A DNA stretch of 64,000 nucleotides, from positions 3,840,001 to 3,904,000 of the forward strand of contig OZ245838.1 in the NCBI GenBank assembly GCA_965228735.1, in the 5' to 3' direction. Numbering within the stretch: position 1 is the stretch's first letter; every line of letters begins with the position of its first letter. Below, piece after piece: positions 32,701-40,756 of the stretch. The translations under genes were made by a program, and so were the position numbers. The stretch comes from Planctomycetota bacterium. GTDB taxonomy: Bacteria; Planctomycetota; UBA1135; UBA2386. The notes beneath the pieces were generated by a model. It saw only the letters and a program-made list of their open reading frames with translations, was not told the origin of the DNA and ran no database searches.

Positions 32701-33146
32701 TGCGCTACTGGGAGAACTCGCCGCTCTTCCACCTCGACAAGGTCAACACGCCGGTGCTGATCCTGCACAACGACAAGGACGGTGCGGTGCCGTGGTACCA
32801 GGGCATCGAGTTCTTCGTCGCGATGCGGCGCCTCGGCAAGGAGGCCTACCTGTTCAACTACAACACCGAGGATCACGGCCTGCGGCAGCGCAAGAACCAG
32901 CGCGACTGGACGCGCCGCATGGCGCAGTTCTTCGACCATCACCTCAAGGGCAAGCCCGCGGCCGACTGGATGAAGAACGGCGTGCCCTACCACGAGCGTG
33001 AGGCGGAGAAGATCCCGCACGCGCCGAGCTTCCGCGAGGCCGTCGAGGCCGGGCTGATCACGCCGGAGGGCGAGCCGATCTCGGAGAGCCCGACGCCCGT
33101 CGCCGAAGAGGCGAGCGCCAGCGGCAGCAGCACGGGGTCGAAGTGA
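29748..33146 (+). CDS. S9 (prolyl oligopeptidase) family secreted peptidase
   Basis: Signal peptide, propeller region, GHSWGG, DGAVP, EDHG catalytic triad. Confidence 0.92.
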   Translation: MTPHSILRGSLRSTLTFAVTAALVPLAITTPLLAQADASSSKRAVTHDDYDSWPALRGTTYSKDGKWMSFAINPRVGDGTMHIRSVDGDQEFSFDRGQRVQFTNDSKHAMFKVGKSYAEERRRKLEKLYKKKEEKKSGGEEEEESEGLPPDIKEALAERGMTERQALRMIEQRGSTIAEVRGFLGLPDPKGKKGASKPRGKSGGKSEADKKWEEENKALSKRLHLLDLSTGEVTKIENLKSHRQPKDSDLLVLHFEKPEEKKDDEKKDDAEKGEKKAGEKKAGEKTGEKAAKEAGEKTGEKTGEKKAEAAEEKAKKKAEKKDPKEKKRSDGTKLVIRDLAGKAKDVELENVRAYGFLNDGDWMWYTIGTKKETKGVEHGLFARELATGKTVTVLGGYSNVSGMTTDRDDERLAFTSDLSTFGEDETERDIYVWDFSEKPALKMVTNATEGIPEDYEISSSGLGFSRDGSLLTFSVKPEEQKDERKILDEDKIKLDLWHWRDGMLQTMQAKRGDPSRTSLSAVFHQDSNRATVIGTEDMPRASLITDDGSRALASNSKPYEMMVTWDGRYSDYYIVNTIDGSRTKIIEGLRGSARTSTGGNYVVWFDHRDYDWHVYDLATKETRNLTAEIPVAFDREIDDRPEPHRAHGSAGWTEGDREVLLYDEFDIWAVNAKTGAYRCVTDGLGRATNVTFRSSGLDLRPDAVRDAEEEKDDDDDRFVSGTLVLTASDKDTYASGYWVDSVDKIQKPKKLVMMDAAIGRPTRPEDADRLFLTVSRFDQYPDVWTTDLSFGNKKKLTDAGKVLDQFRWGSAELVTWRSDDGVDLKGYLVKPDGFDPQKKYPMMVYFYEKSSNRIHSFVTPNCGTSPNAAYYVSNGYLWFVPDIVYRDGYPGESCEKCVVSGVNAMIAKGFVDADRVGAAGHSWGGYQTAHLITRTDIFACVESGAPVVNMYSAYGGIRWGSGMSRQFQYEQTQSRIGGSIWEHPMRYWENSPLFHLDKVNTPVLILHNDKDGAVPWYQGIEFFVAMRRLGKEAYLFNYNTEDHGLRQRKNQRDWTRRMAQFFDHHLKGKPAADWMKNGVPYHEREAEKIPHAPSFREAVEAGLITPEGEPISESPTPVAEEASASGSSTGSK
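30520..30730 (+). repeat. Lys/Glu-rich low-complexity GEKK/GEKT repeats within the peptidase
   Basis: KGEKKAGEKKAGEKTGEKAAKEAGEKTGEKTGEKK. Confidence 0.8.
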
Positions 33147-33164
33147 ACCGCCACGGGTGGTTCA
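33144..33164. terminator. Hairpin between convergent genes
   Basis: tgaaccgcc-acg-ggtggttca. Confidence 0.4.
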
Positions 33165-33190
33165 AGGTGAACCGCCCCTGACGCCAACTG

Positions 33191-33580
33191 TCAGTCGCCG
33201 AGCATCGCGTGCGCCGAGCCGATAGCTCGGTGCACGGCGAACGCCAGCACGAACGTCGCGGCCAGAACGGCGAGGCCGGCCGCGAGATAGCAACGCTGCA
33301 CGCCCGGCCGCCGCAGTCGCCAGCCCGGCAGACTCGCGATCACGACGGCGCCGCACCAGATCGCGAGTTCCGTCCGCCCCCGCAGCCAGCCCGCGACGTC
33401 GAGGCCGAGAACGGCGAGCCCGGGCAGCTCGATCTCGAGCACGCTGAGCGCCGCCACGGCATCGCGCGAGACGAGGAGCGGCAGGAGCAGCGCGAACGCG
33501 AGCCCACCGACGATCCAGACGCCGGTGCCGGCCGCGGAGCCCCGCTCGGCCGGGTACGTGGTCGCGGGATCGGATGACAT
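33191..33580 (-). CDS. Hypothetical membrane protein
   Basis: About three hydrophobic segments; GAAGAT-N6-ATG. Confidence 0.6.
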   Translation of the reverse strand: MSSDPATTYPAERGSAAGTGVWIVGGLAFALLLPLLVSRDAVAALSVLEIELPGLAVLGLDVAGWLRGRTELAIWCGAVVIASLPGWRLRRPGVQRCYLAAGLAVLAATFVLAFAVHRAIGSAHAMLGD

Positions 33581-33607
33581 ACCCGCATCTTCGGCCGATA
33601 TGGCCCC

Positions 33608-35146
33608 TCAGCCTGAATCGCGAGGCTCGCCCTCCGCCGCCGCTTCCCATTCCTGCCGCGTGCGCTCGACGCCGGCCTCGAGGTCGACGATCGGCTTGTC
33701 ATAGTCGACCCCGAGCATCTGCCGCTCGAGCGGCGGCACGGTCCACGGTGCGTGCACGGTGTCGCGCCCGAGCAGGGCGAACTCCGGACACCAGCGCTTC
33801 ACGTAGTCGCCCTCTTTGTCGTACTTCCTGGCCTGGGTCTCGATGCTGAACCAGCGGAAGCCGCGCGCGTCGTTGCCGACGCCGGCGACGTAGCTCCAGT
33901 TGCCCCAGTTGCTCGCGACGTCGTAGTCGACGAGCTGCGACTCGAACCACTCCGCGCCCCAACGCCAGTCGATCCCGAGGTGCTTCGTGAGGAAGCTGCC
34001 GACGATCTGCCGGCCGCGGTTGGACACGAACCCGGTCGCGAGCAGCTCTCGCATCAACGCGTCGACGAGCGGAATGCCGGTGCGGCCCGTGCGCCAGGCT
34101 TCGAACGCCGCGTCGTCGTGCCGCCACGGCACGGGCCGACCCTGCAGCCCGGACGGCCAGAACAACCTTGCACCGTGCTTCTGGAGCACGAGCTGGAAGA
34201 AGTCGCGCCAGAGCAGCTCGAACGTCAGCCAGTACGTCGAGTCGTTCTTGACGCGCTCCCGTTCGTAGCGCTCGACCTCGCTCTGGACGCGACGCGGCGA
34301 GATGCAGCCGAGCGCGAGCCACGGCGCGAGTCGCGAGGAGAAGTCGGCGCCGTGCAGACCGTTGCGCGTGGCCTTGTAGTCGCGCAAACGATCGCGCTCG
34401 AACGCCCACTGCGCGAGCCGTTCGCGCGCCGCGGCCTCGCCGCCGACGAACGTGAACGCCGCGCGGTCGTCGACCACCGGCTCGCGCAGCTCGAGGTCGG
34501 AGAGCTCCGGCAGTTCACCCGCGCCGCCGCTGGCGACATCGGGCACGACCCCCCGCACCTTCTCGACGGGATCGACCGGCGCCGCGAAGCATCGCGCCCG
34601 TTCGACACGCTGGCGAAACGCCGTGAACACCCCCGGCAGTTCGGCGACCTGGAACGGCAGGTCGGCGAGCTCGAACAGCGTGCGGTCCCAGTGGAGCCGC
34701 AACGCGCACCCCGCATCCGCGAGGGCGGCCGCGACAGCCTGTTCGATGTCCTGCTCTTCCGTGCCGACGAGCCGATGCGCATGGATGCGCGTGAGGCCGA
34801 GCTCGCGGGCGAGCGCCGGCAGAACGTCCTCGGGCCGGCCACGCCGAACGACGAGCTCGCCGCCGATCGCGCGCAGGGTCGCGCGCAGATCGGCGAGCGC
34901 TTCACGCAGGAACCGCGCGCGCCACGACCCCGTGCGCGGGGCACCGATCAGCGGCGTGGCGCCGAACTCGCGCGGGTCGACGCAGTAGACGCAGAGCACC
35001 GGGCGATCCTCGCCGGCGCGGCTCTGGGCCGCCGCCGCGCGCAGCGCCGCGTGGTCGTCGATCCGCAGGTCGCGCCGGAACCACACGGCGACCGGCGCGC
35101 CGGAGTCGTCGGTGCTCGTAGTCATCGCGCCTGACATGCCGGACAC
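33608..35146 (-). CDS. DASH-family cryptochrome / photolyase
   Basis: WFRRDLRIDDH, YKATRNG, LALGCISPR, NDSTYWLTFELLWRDFF, SNRGRQ, GVGND; start may be 35137 or 35125. Confidence 0.9.
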   Translation of the reverse strand: MSGMSGAMTTSTDDSGAPVAVWFRRDLRIDDHAALRAAAAQSRAGEDRPVLCVYCVDPREFGATPLIGAPRTGSWRARFLREALADLRATLRAIGGELVVRRGRPEDVLPALARELGLTRIHAHRLVGTEEQDIEQAVAAALADAGCALRLHWDRTLFELADLPFQVAELPGVFTAFRQRVERARCFAAPVDPVEKVRGVVPDVASGGAGELPELSDLELREPVVDDRAAFTFVGGEAAARERLAQWAFERDRLRDYKATRNGLHGADFSSRLAPWLALGCISPRRVQSEVERYERERVKNDSTYWLTFELLWRDFFQLVLQKHGARLFWPSGLQGRPVPWRHDDAAFEAWRTGRTGIPLVDALMRELLATGFVSNRGRQIVGSFLTKHLGIDWRWGAEWFESQLVDYDVASNWGNWSYVAGVGNDARGFRWFSIETQARKYDKEGDYVKRWCPEFALLGRDTVHAPWTVPPLERQMLGVDYDKPIVDLEAGVERTRQEWEAAAEGEPRDSG

Positions 35147-35943
35147 GCGTAGAGCCGTCGCCCCGCGCTGGTCTGCTTCTCGATCTGTTCACCACACAGC
35201 CGACACGGCTTGTTCGCGCGGGCGAAGACCCAGTGCCGATAGTCGCGCCGCGGCACGCCCTCGGCCCGCAACCGACGGGCGTCGTCGGGGTCGTTGGTGA
35301 TGCCGCGCGTGCGGTATGCCTGCCGCGCGACGTCGCGGATGCGAAGGGCGAGATCGGTGCGCTGATTGGCCGCGAGATCGCACGGCCGCAGTGCCGGGTC
35401 GAGCCGGGCCAGGAACAGGATCTCGCTCCGCAGATAGTTGCCGAGTCCGCCGACGAAGCTCTGGTCGAGCAGCAGCGCGCCGAGCGAGCGACGCGTGAAC
35501 CGCCGATCGACGAGGCGGCGCTCGATGTCACGGAGGTGCGTGCCATCGTCGAGCACGTCGGGACCGAGCTTCTGGAGGAACGGATGCTCGTCCAGTTCGT
35601 CGTCGGCGAGCACCTCGATCTCCGACGCGCTGTAGAGCAATGCCGAGTGCGCGCCGGTGTGCACCGCGAACCGCAGCTGCCGGTTGGTCTTCGGCTCCTG
35701 CCCGCGTGGCTTCACGTACCAGCGGCCGTAGAGCTGGTTGTGCGAGTAGACGTTGAGCCCCCGTTCGAACCGCACGAGCATCGCCTTCCCACGCGGCTCG
35801 ACGGCGCGCACCGTGCGGCCCTGCAGCGTCGCGGCGAACGGCCGCAGTTGGTCGAACGCGAAGAACACGGACTCCGCCCGCTCGCCGGCCAGAACCCGCG
35901 CGATCTTGTCGGCTTCCTGACGGATCTCGGGACCTTCGGGCAT
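35122..35943 (-). CDS. nei: Endonuclease VIII (Fpg/Nei DNA glycosylase)
   Basis: MPEGPEIR, YSHNQLYG, GLGNYLRSE, C4 zinc finger. Confidence 0.92.
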   Translation of the reverse strand: MPEGPEIRQEADKIARVLAGERAESVFFAFDQLRPFAATLQGRTVRAVEPRGKAMLVRFERGLNVYSHNQLYGRWYVKPRGQEPKTNRQLRFAVHTGAHSALLYSASEIEVLADDELDEHPFLQKLGPDVLDDGTHLRDIERRLVDRRFTRRSLGALLLDQSFVGGLGNYLRSEILFLARLDPALRPCDLAANQRTDLALRIRDVARQAYRTRGITNDPDDARRLRAEGVPRRDYRHWVFARANKPCRLCGEQIEKQTSAGRRLYACPACQAR

Positions 35944-36018
35944 CGGCAGAACGGTGTGGCATCCGGTCCTTCGACACCGCCCCCGGCCAGGATGCGTGAA
36001 CCTACGGAACCGGCACGG

Positions 36019-37572
36019 TCACTCTGGCACCGGCGGAAGCGGCACCGGGCCGCCGCCGATCTCGCGCGGCAGCATCGCATCGGTCCGTTCGAGCCAGCCG
36101 CGGAGCGCGGTCGCCAATTCGCGCAGTTCGGCCGGACGCTGGGCCGCGAGATCGCGCGCCTCGTTGAGGTCCGCGGCGAGGTCGTAGAGCGCCCACGAGC
36201 GGGTCTCGTACCAGTAGATGGCCTTGAGATCCCCGCGCCGGATCACCGAGCCGGGCGTCGTTCGCCACGTGCCGCGCTTGCCGTTGGCCTGCAGATAGCC
36301 CGGGAAGTGCCAGAACAGGTCGCGCCGTTCGACGGCAGCGGGCTGCGCGCGGAACCGCGGTGACAGATCGGTGCCGTCGACCGGCTGCGCCGACTCCGGC
36401 GGCAGCTCGGCCCCGCCGATCGCAGCAAACGTCGGATACAGGTCCAGACTCTGCAGCGGCGTCTCGTCGATCGAGCCCGCGGCGATGCGCCCGTCCCAGC
36501 GCGCGAGGAACGGCACGCGGATGCCGCCCTCGTGCAGCGACCCCTTCCCCGACCGCAGCGGCGTCTGATCGGTGATCTCCTGCCCACCCGCGATCCCGGC
36601 CTTGTTGTAGCCGCCGAGGCCGCCGTTGTCCGACGTGAACACGACGAGCGTGTTGGCGATGAGCTTCTGCTCGGGCGCGAGCGGATCGGGAGTCGTCGAC
36701 AAGAACTCGAGGACGCGGCCGACGTTGTCGTCGAGGTTCTTCAGCATCGCCGCATAGCGCCGGTGGTCGTGGCGGGCGCCGCGTTCGGGGATCGGCGTCG
36801 CCGCGAAGTCGGCTTCGGGCGCCTGGATCGGCGTATGCACCGAATAGTGGCTCAGCACGCAGAACATCGGCTGCGGCTCCTCGGCCGCGATCGCACGCCC
36901 CATCCACAGCAGCGCCTCGTCGGTGAGCCGGTCCGCCATGAATTGTCTGCTCCTGCCGTTCTTCGCGAGCCCGGGGAACGGGAAGCCACCCTCGTCGTCG
37001 GCGAAGTTGCCGACCCGCCCCACGCCGCCGCCGTTGTTGCCCCCGGCGGCGTGATCGAAGCCCTGCTGCTCCGGACTGCCGCCGTTCTTCCGATCCCCGA
37101 GATGCCATTTGCCGAAGTGCGCCGTCGTGTAGCCCGCCTCGCGCAGCAGCTCGGCGAGCGTGATCGTCGCCGGGGTCAACGTCACGACGTTGGGCGCGGC
37201 ATCGAGCTTGCGGAACTGCTCGCGACCGCGGTTGCCGCTGCCGACCGTGTAGATGCCCGTGCGCGGCGCCCACTGCCCGCTCCACAGCGCAGCGCGGGTC
37301 GGCGCGCAGTTGGGCGCGCTGCTGTAGGCGTGCGTGAACGACGTTCCCGCCGCGGCCAGCGCATCGAGGTGCGGCGTGCGGTGATAGGGCGAGCCGTTGC
37401 CCTGACACGTGCTCCCGGTCGACAGATCGGTCCAACCGAGATCGTCGGCCAACACGAAGACGATGTGCGGCCGGCGCGCGCCGTCGACCTCACGTTGCGT
37501 GAGAGCAACCGGCGTCAGCGCGAATCCAGCTGCGAGAATGCAGCGGGCGACAGCGAGGGCGGGCGTGAGCAT
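36019..37572 (-). CDS. Sulfatase
   Basis: ADDLGW, CAPTR, GKWHLG, SDNGG. Confidence 0.92.
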   Translation of the reverse strand: MLTPALAVARCILAAGFALTPVALTQREVDGARRPHIVFVLADDLGWTDLSTGSTCQGNGSPYHRTPHLDALAAAGTSFTHAYSSAPNCAPTRAALWSGQWAPRTGIYTVGSGNRGREQFRKLDAAPNVVTLTPATITLAELLREAGYTTAHFGKWHLGDRKNGGSPEQQGFDHAAGGNNGGGVGRVGNFADDEGGFPFPGLAKNGRSRQFMADRLTDEALLWMGRAIAAEEPQPMFCVLSHYSVHTPIQAPEADFAATPIPERGARHDHRRYAAMLKNLDDNVGRVLEFLSTTPDPLAPEQKLIANTLVVFTSDNGGLGGYNKAGIAGGQEITDQTPLRSGKGSLHEGGIRVPFLARWDGRIAAGSIDETPLQSLDLYPTFAAIGGAELPPESAQPVDGTDLSPRFRAQPAAVERRDLFWHFPGYLQANGKRGTWRTTPGSVIRRGDLKAIYWYETRSWALYDLAADLNEARDLAAQRPAELRELATALRGWLERTDAMLPREIGGGPVPLPPVPE

Positions 37573-37595
37573 GGGCTGCGCGCCATACTGAGCCC

Positions 37596-38294
37596 ATGAC
37601 GTCCGCAACACAATCGGCCCGCTCCGTTCTGAGTTGGCTCGAACGCAAGGGCAGCAAGAAGGTCAGGGACGGCATGGCGCGCTACGCGATTCCGAGCGAC
37701 AACGCTTTCGGCGTGAGCGTCGGCGACCTGCGCAAGGAAGCCAAACGACTCGGCCGCGATCACGCGCTCGCCGCAGCGCTCTGGGCGACGGGCAAGTACG
37801 AGGCCCGCATGCTCGCCGCGTTCGTGGACGAGCCGAACGCCGTCACGGCACGCCAGATGGATCAGTGGTGCCGCGACTTCGACAGCTGGGCGATCTGCGA
37901 CACGGCCTGCCTGCACCTGTTCGACCGGACGCCGCACGCGTTCAAGAAGGTGCACATCTGGGCGAAACGCCGCGGCGAGTTCCAGAAGCGCGCGGCGTTC
38001 GCGCTCGCTGCCGGGCTCGCGACCCACGACAAGACGAGCCCGGACGCGCCGTTCGCCGCGATCCTGCCGCTCATCGAGGCGGCCGCGACCGACGACCGCA
38101 ACTTCGTCAAGAAGGGCGTCAACTGGGCGCTGCGCGGCATCGGCGAACGCAGCCAGAACCTGCACCGCCGCGCCCTGGCGCTCGGCAAGCGGCTCGCAGC
38201 GGCCACGGAGCCCGCACCGCGGTGGATCGGCAAGGACGCGCTCCGACAGCTGCAGACGCCGGCCGTCAGGCGCCGTCTCGCCCGCCGCGGATGA
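37596..38294 (+). CDS. DNA alkylation repair protein (AlkD-like)
   Basis: DFDSWAICD, DDRNFVKKGVNWALR. Confidence 0.9.
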   Translation: MTSATQSARSVLSWLERKGSKKVRDGMARYAIPSDNAFGVSVGDLRKEAKRLGRDHALAAALWATGKYEARMLAAFVDEPNAVTARQMDQWCRDFDSWAICDTACLHLFDRTPHAFKKVHIWAKRRGEFQKRAAFALAAGLATHDKTSPDAPFAAILPLIEAAATDDRNFVKKGVNWALRGIGERSQNLHRRALALGKRLAAATEPAPRWIGKDALRQLQTPAVRRRLARRG

Positions 38295-38348
38295 CCCGAG
38301 GACGGTTCTGCGGTTGTGGCGCGGGCGCGGCCGGCCTACGGTCGGCTC

Positions 38349-38630
38349 ATGGTCCAAGCCACGTGGAAAGGCCAACTTCTCGCCGAGAGCGACGCGACCG
38401 TGGTCGTCGAAGGCAACCACTACTTCCCGCGCGCAGCGCTCGTCGAGGCCCACCTGCGACCGTCGGACAAGACGACAGTCTGCGGCTGGAAGGGCACCGC
38501 CAACTACTTCGACGTCGTCGTCGGCGACGACGTCAACGAAGGTGCGGCGTTCTACTACGCGACGCCGAAACCGGAGGCCGCGCTCATCTTGGACCACGTC
38601 GCGTTCTGGAAGGGCGTCACGGTCGCATAG
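38349..38630 (+). CDS. DUF427 domain protein
   Basis: VEGNHYFP, CGWKGTANYF, VAFWKGV. Confidence 0.9.
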   Translation: MVQATWKGQLLAESDATVVVEGNHYFPRAALVEAHLRPSDKTTVCGWKGTANYFDVVVGDDVNEGAAFYYATPKPEAALILDHVAFWKGVTVA

Positions 38631-38651
38631 ACCGCCGGGCGAGCACACACC

Positions 38652-39470
38652 ATCGAACTCCGCGCCGTCACCTACCTCGCCCCGGGGATCCCGCTGGCGT
38701 TCTTCGAACGCGTCGTCGAGCACCTCGGCGAAGCGCTCGGGCTCGCGACGTCGGTGACGAGCGAGACGAGCAACTCCGGGCCGATGGCCGGCGACCACGA
38801 CCCGTTCGCCGCGGGCGAAGCCGACCTCGGGTTCCTGTGCTCGCCGTCGATGCTCTACCTGCGCAGCCTGCCGCAGCCGTCGGTCGAGCTGTTGCCGGCG
38901 GGGTTCGTGTTCGGTGATGACCGCAACTCGGGCACGGAGCCCGTCTATTACTCGGACGTGATCGTGCGTCGGGATCACCCGGCCTCCTCGCTCGCCGACC
39001 TCGAGGGCACGACCTGGGGCTACAACGACGAGTGCTCGCTGTCGGGCTACTTCGCGACGCTGCAGGGCCTGCGGGAGATCGGTTGCACGACCGAGTTCTT
39101 CGGCAGGCGACACCGCACGGGCTCGCACCTCGCGTCCCTCGCTGGCGTGCTCGACGGCACGATCGACGCCGCCGCCATCGATTCGACGACCATGGGGCTG
39201 TGGCGGCGGGATAACCCGGAACGGGCCGCCGACCTGCGCGTAATCCGCTCCTGGGGGCCGTTCCCCATCCAGCCGATCGTCGTCCGCACCGGCCTCGACA
39301 GCGCGATCAAGACGTCTCTTGCCAGTGAACTCTTGCGTGTCGACTGCGACACGAGCACCCTCGGCCTCTGTTCGTTCGGGCTCGAACGCATCGTCCCGAT
39401 CGACGAAGACGCCTACGCCGACGAAGCGCAGCAGCTGCGCGCCCTCGGCCAACTCCCGCCCAGCCCATGA
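38652..39470 (+). CDS. PhnD/SsuA-type substrate-binding protein; start unresolved (ATC 38652?)
   Basis: LRAVTYLAP N-terminal strand lies upstream of the first GTG (38754); ADLGFLC, YYSDVIV, SLSGY, TGSH, DAAAIDS. Confidence 0.75.
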   Translation: MELRAVTYLAPGIPLAFFERVVEHLGEALGLATSVTSETSNSGPMAGDHDPFAAGEADLGFLCSPSMLYLRSLPQPSVELLPAGFVFGDDRNSGTEPVYYSDVIVRRDHPASSLADLEGTTWGYNDECSLSGYFATLQGLREIGCTTEFFGRRHRTGSHLASLAGVLDGTIDAAAIDSTTMGLWRRDNPERAADLRVIRSWGPFPIQPIVVRTGLDSAIKTSLASELLRVDCDTSTLGLCSFGLERIVPIDEDAYADEAQQLRALGQLPPSP

Positions 39471-40672
39471 GCCTCTCCCTCGCCGCCGTCGATCGTCAGC
39501 AGCTGGCGCAAGACTTCCGCGCGACGCGGGCGCAGACCCTCGCCCTCTGCGAACCGCTCGCCCCCGAAGACATGGTCGTGCAGACCATGCCGGAGGTCAG
39601 CCCGACGAAGTGGCACCTCGCGCATGTCACGTGGTTCTTCGAGACCATGGTGCTCGCGCGGTTCGCTGGCGACTACGAGCCGTTCGACCGCCGCTTCCAC
39701 GCGCTGTTCAACTCGTACTACCAGGCGCTCGGCCGCCCGTTCCCGCGCGCTCAGCGCGGCAAACTCTCCCGCCCGACCGTCGCGGAGATCATCGCCTATC
39801 GCGAGCACGTCGATGACGCGATGGAGCGGTTGCTCGAAGGCGCCGAAGCGGCCGACCTCGCGGCCATCACCGAGATCGTGACGCTCGGCCTGCACCACGA
39901 GCAGCAGCACCAGGAGCTGCTCGTGATGGATATCCTGCACGTGCTCGCGAGCAATCCGCTGCATCCGGCGTACGACGCCGAGCCGCCGGCCGAGCCGACC
40001 CCGCCGCCGGCCGAGTGGTTCGAGAGCCGCGTCGCGAACACGACGGTCGGGCACGCTGGCACGGGCTTCCACTACGACAACGAAGGCCCGCGTCACTCCG
40101 TGCCGCTGCAACCGTTCGCGATCTGCAACCGGCTCGTGACGAACTGCGAATTCGCCCGGTTCATCGCGGACGACGGGTATCGGCGCCCGGAGCTGTGGCT
40201 CGCCGACGGCTGGGAGTGGCTGCACGAAGAACGCGTCGAGGCGCCGCTCTACTGGCGCCGCGCGGCGGACGAAGCGTGGCTCGAGACCACGTTGCACGGC
40301 CAGCACGAGTTGCGAGCCGACGCGCCGGTGTGTCACGTGAGCTACTACGAGGCCGACGCGTTCGCGCGCTGGTCGGAGTGTCGCCTGCCGACCGAGTTCG
40401 AATGGGAGCACGCGGCCGCCCAGGGCGCCCTCGCACAGGCCAGCGGCGAGGTCTGGCAGTGGACCGCGAGCCCATACTCCGCCTACCCCGGCTACCGCCC
40501 GTTCACGGGCCCCCTCGGCGAGTACAACGGCAAGTTCATGGCCAACCAGTTCGTGCTGCGCGGTGGCTGCCACGCGACGCCGCGCGGTCACGCCCGCCGC
40601 ACCTACCGCAACTTCTACTACCCGCAGCAGCGGTGGATGTTCGCGGGGCTGCGGCTCGCGCGGGACGTCTAG
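39467..40672 (+). CDS. egtB: Ergothioneine biosynthesis sulfoxide synthase
   Basis: SPTKWHLAH, FNSYY, HHEQQHQEL, YNGKFM; DinB + FGE-like domains. Confidence 0.88.
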   Translation: MSLSLAAVDRQQLAQDFRATRAQTLALCEPLAPEDMVVQTMPEVSPTKWHLAHVTWFFETMVLARFAGDYEPFDRRFHALFNSYYQALGRPFPRAQRGKLSRPTVAEIIAYREHVDDAMERLLEGAEAADLAAITEIVTLGLHHEQQHQELLVMDILHVLASNPLHPAYDAEPPAEPTPPPAEWFESRVANTTVGHAGTGFHYDNEGPRHSVPLQPFAICNRLVTNCEFARFIADDGYRRPELWLADGWEWLHEERVEAPLYWRRAADEAWLETTLHGQHELRADAPVCHVSYYEADAFARWSECRLPTEFEWEHAAAQGALAQASGEVWQWTASPYSAYPGYRPFTGPLGEYNGKFMANQFVLRGGCHATPRGHARRTYRNFYYPQQRWMFAGLRLARDV

Positions 40673-40756
40673 CCCCGGGCATCCTGGGTCCCGGGCAATC
40701 GATCCCGGGACATTCGCGAGACTGTCCGCGCGCGGCCGCGGGCGTATCCTGCGGCG

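Noticed and set aside
30468..33020. 850-aa minus-strand ORF
   Set aside because: Antisense to the S9 peptidase.
38628..38630. Pyrrolysine decoding of the in-frame TAG
   Set aside because: DUF427 ends at its normal family terminus and there is no pyl or methylamine methyltransferase context.
39467..40672. Calling this gene senA
   Set aside because: Motifs fit standard EgtB and it is not adjacent to senB or selD; needs phylogeny.
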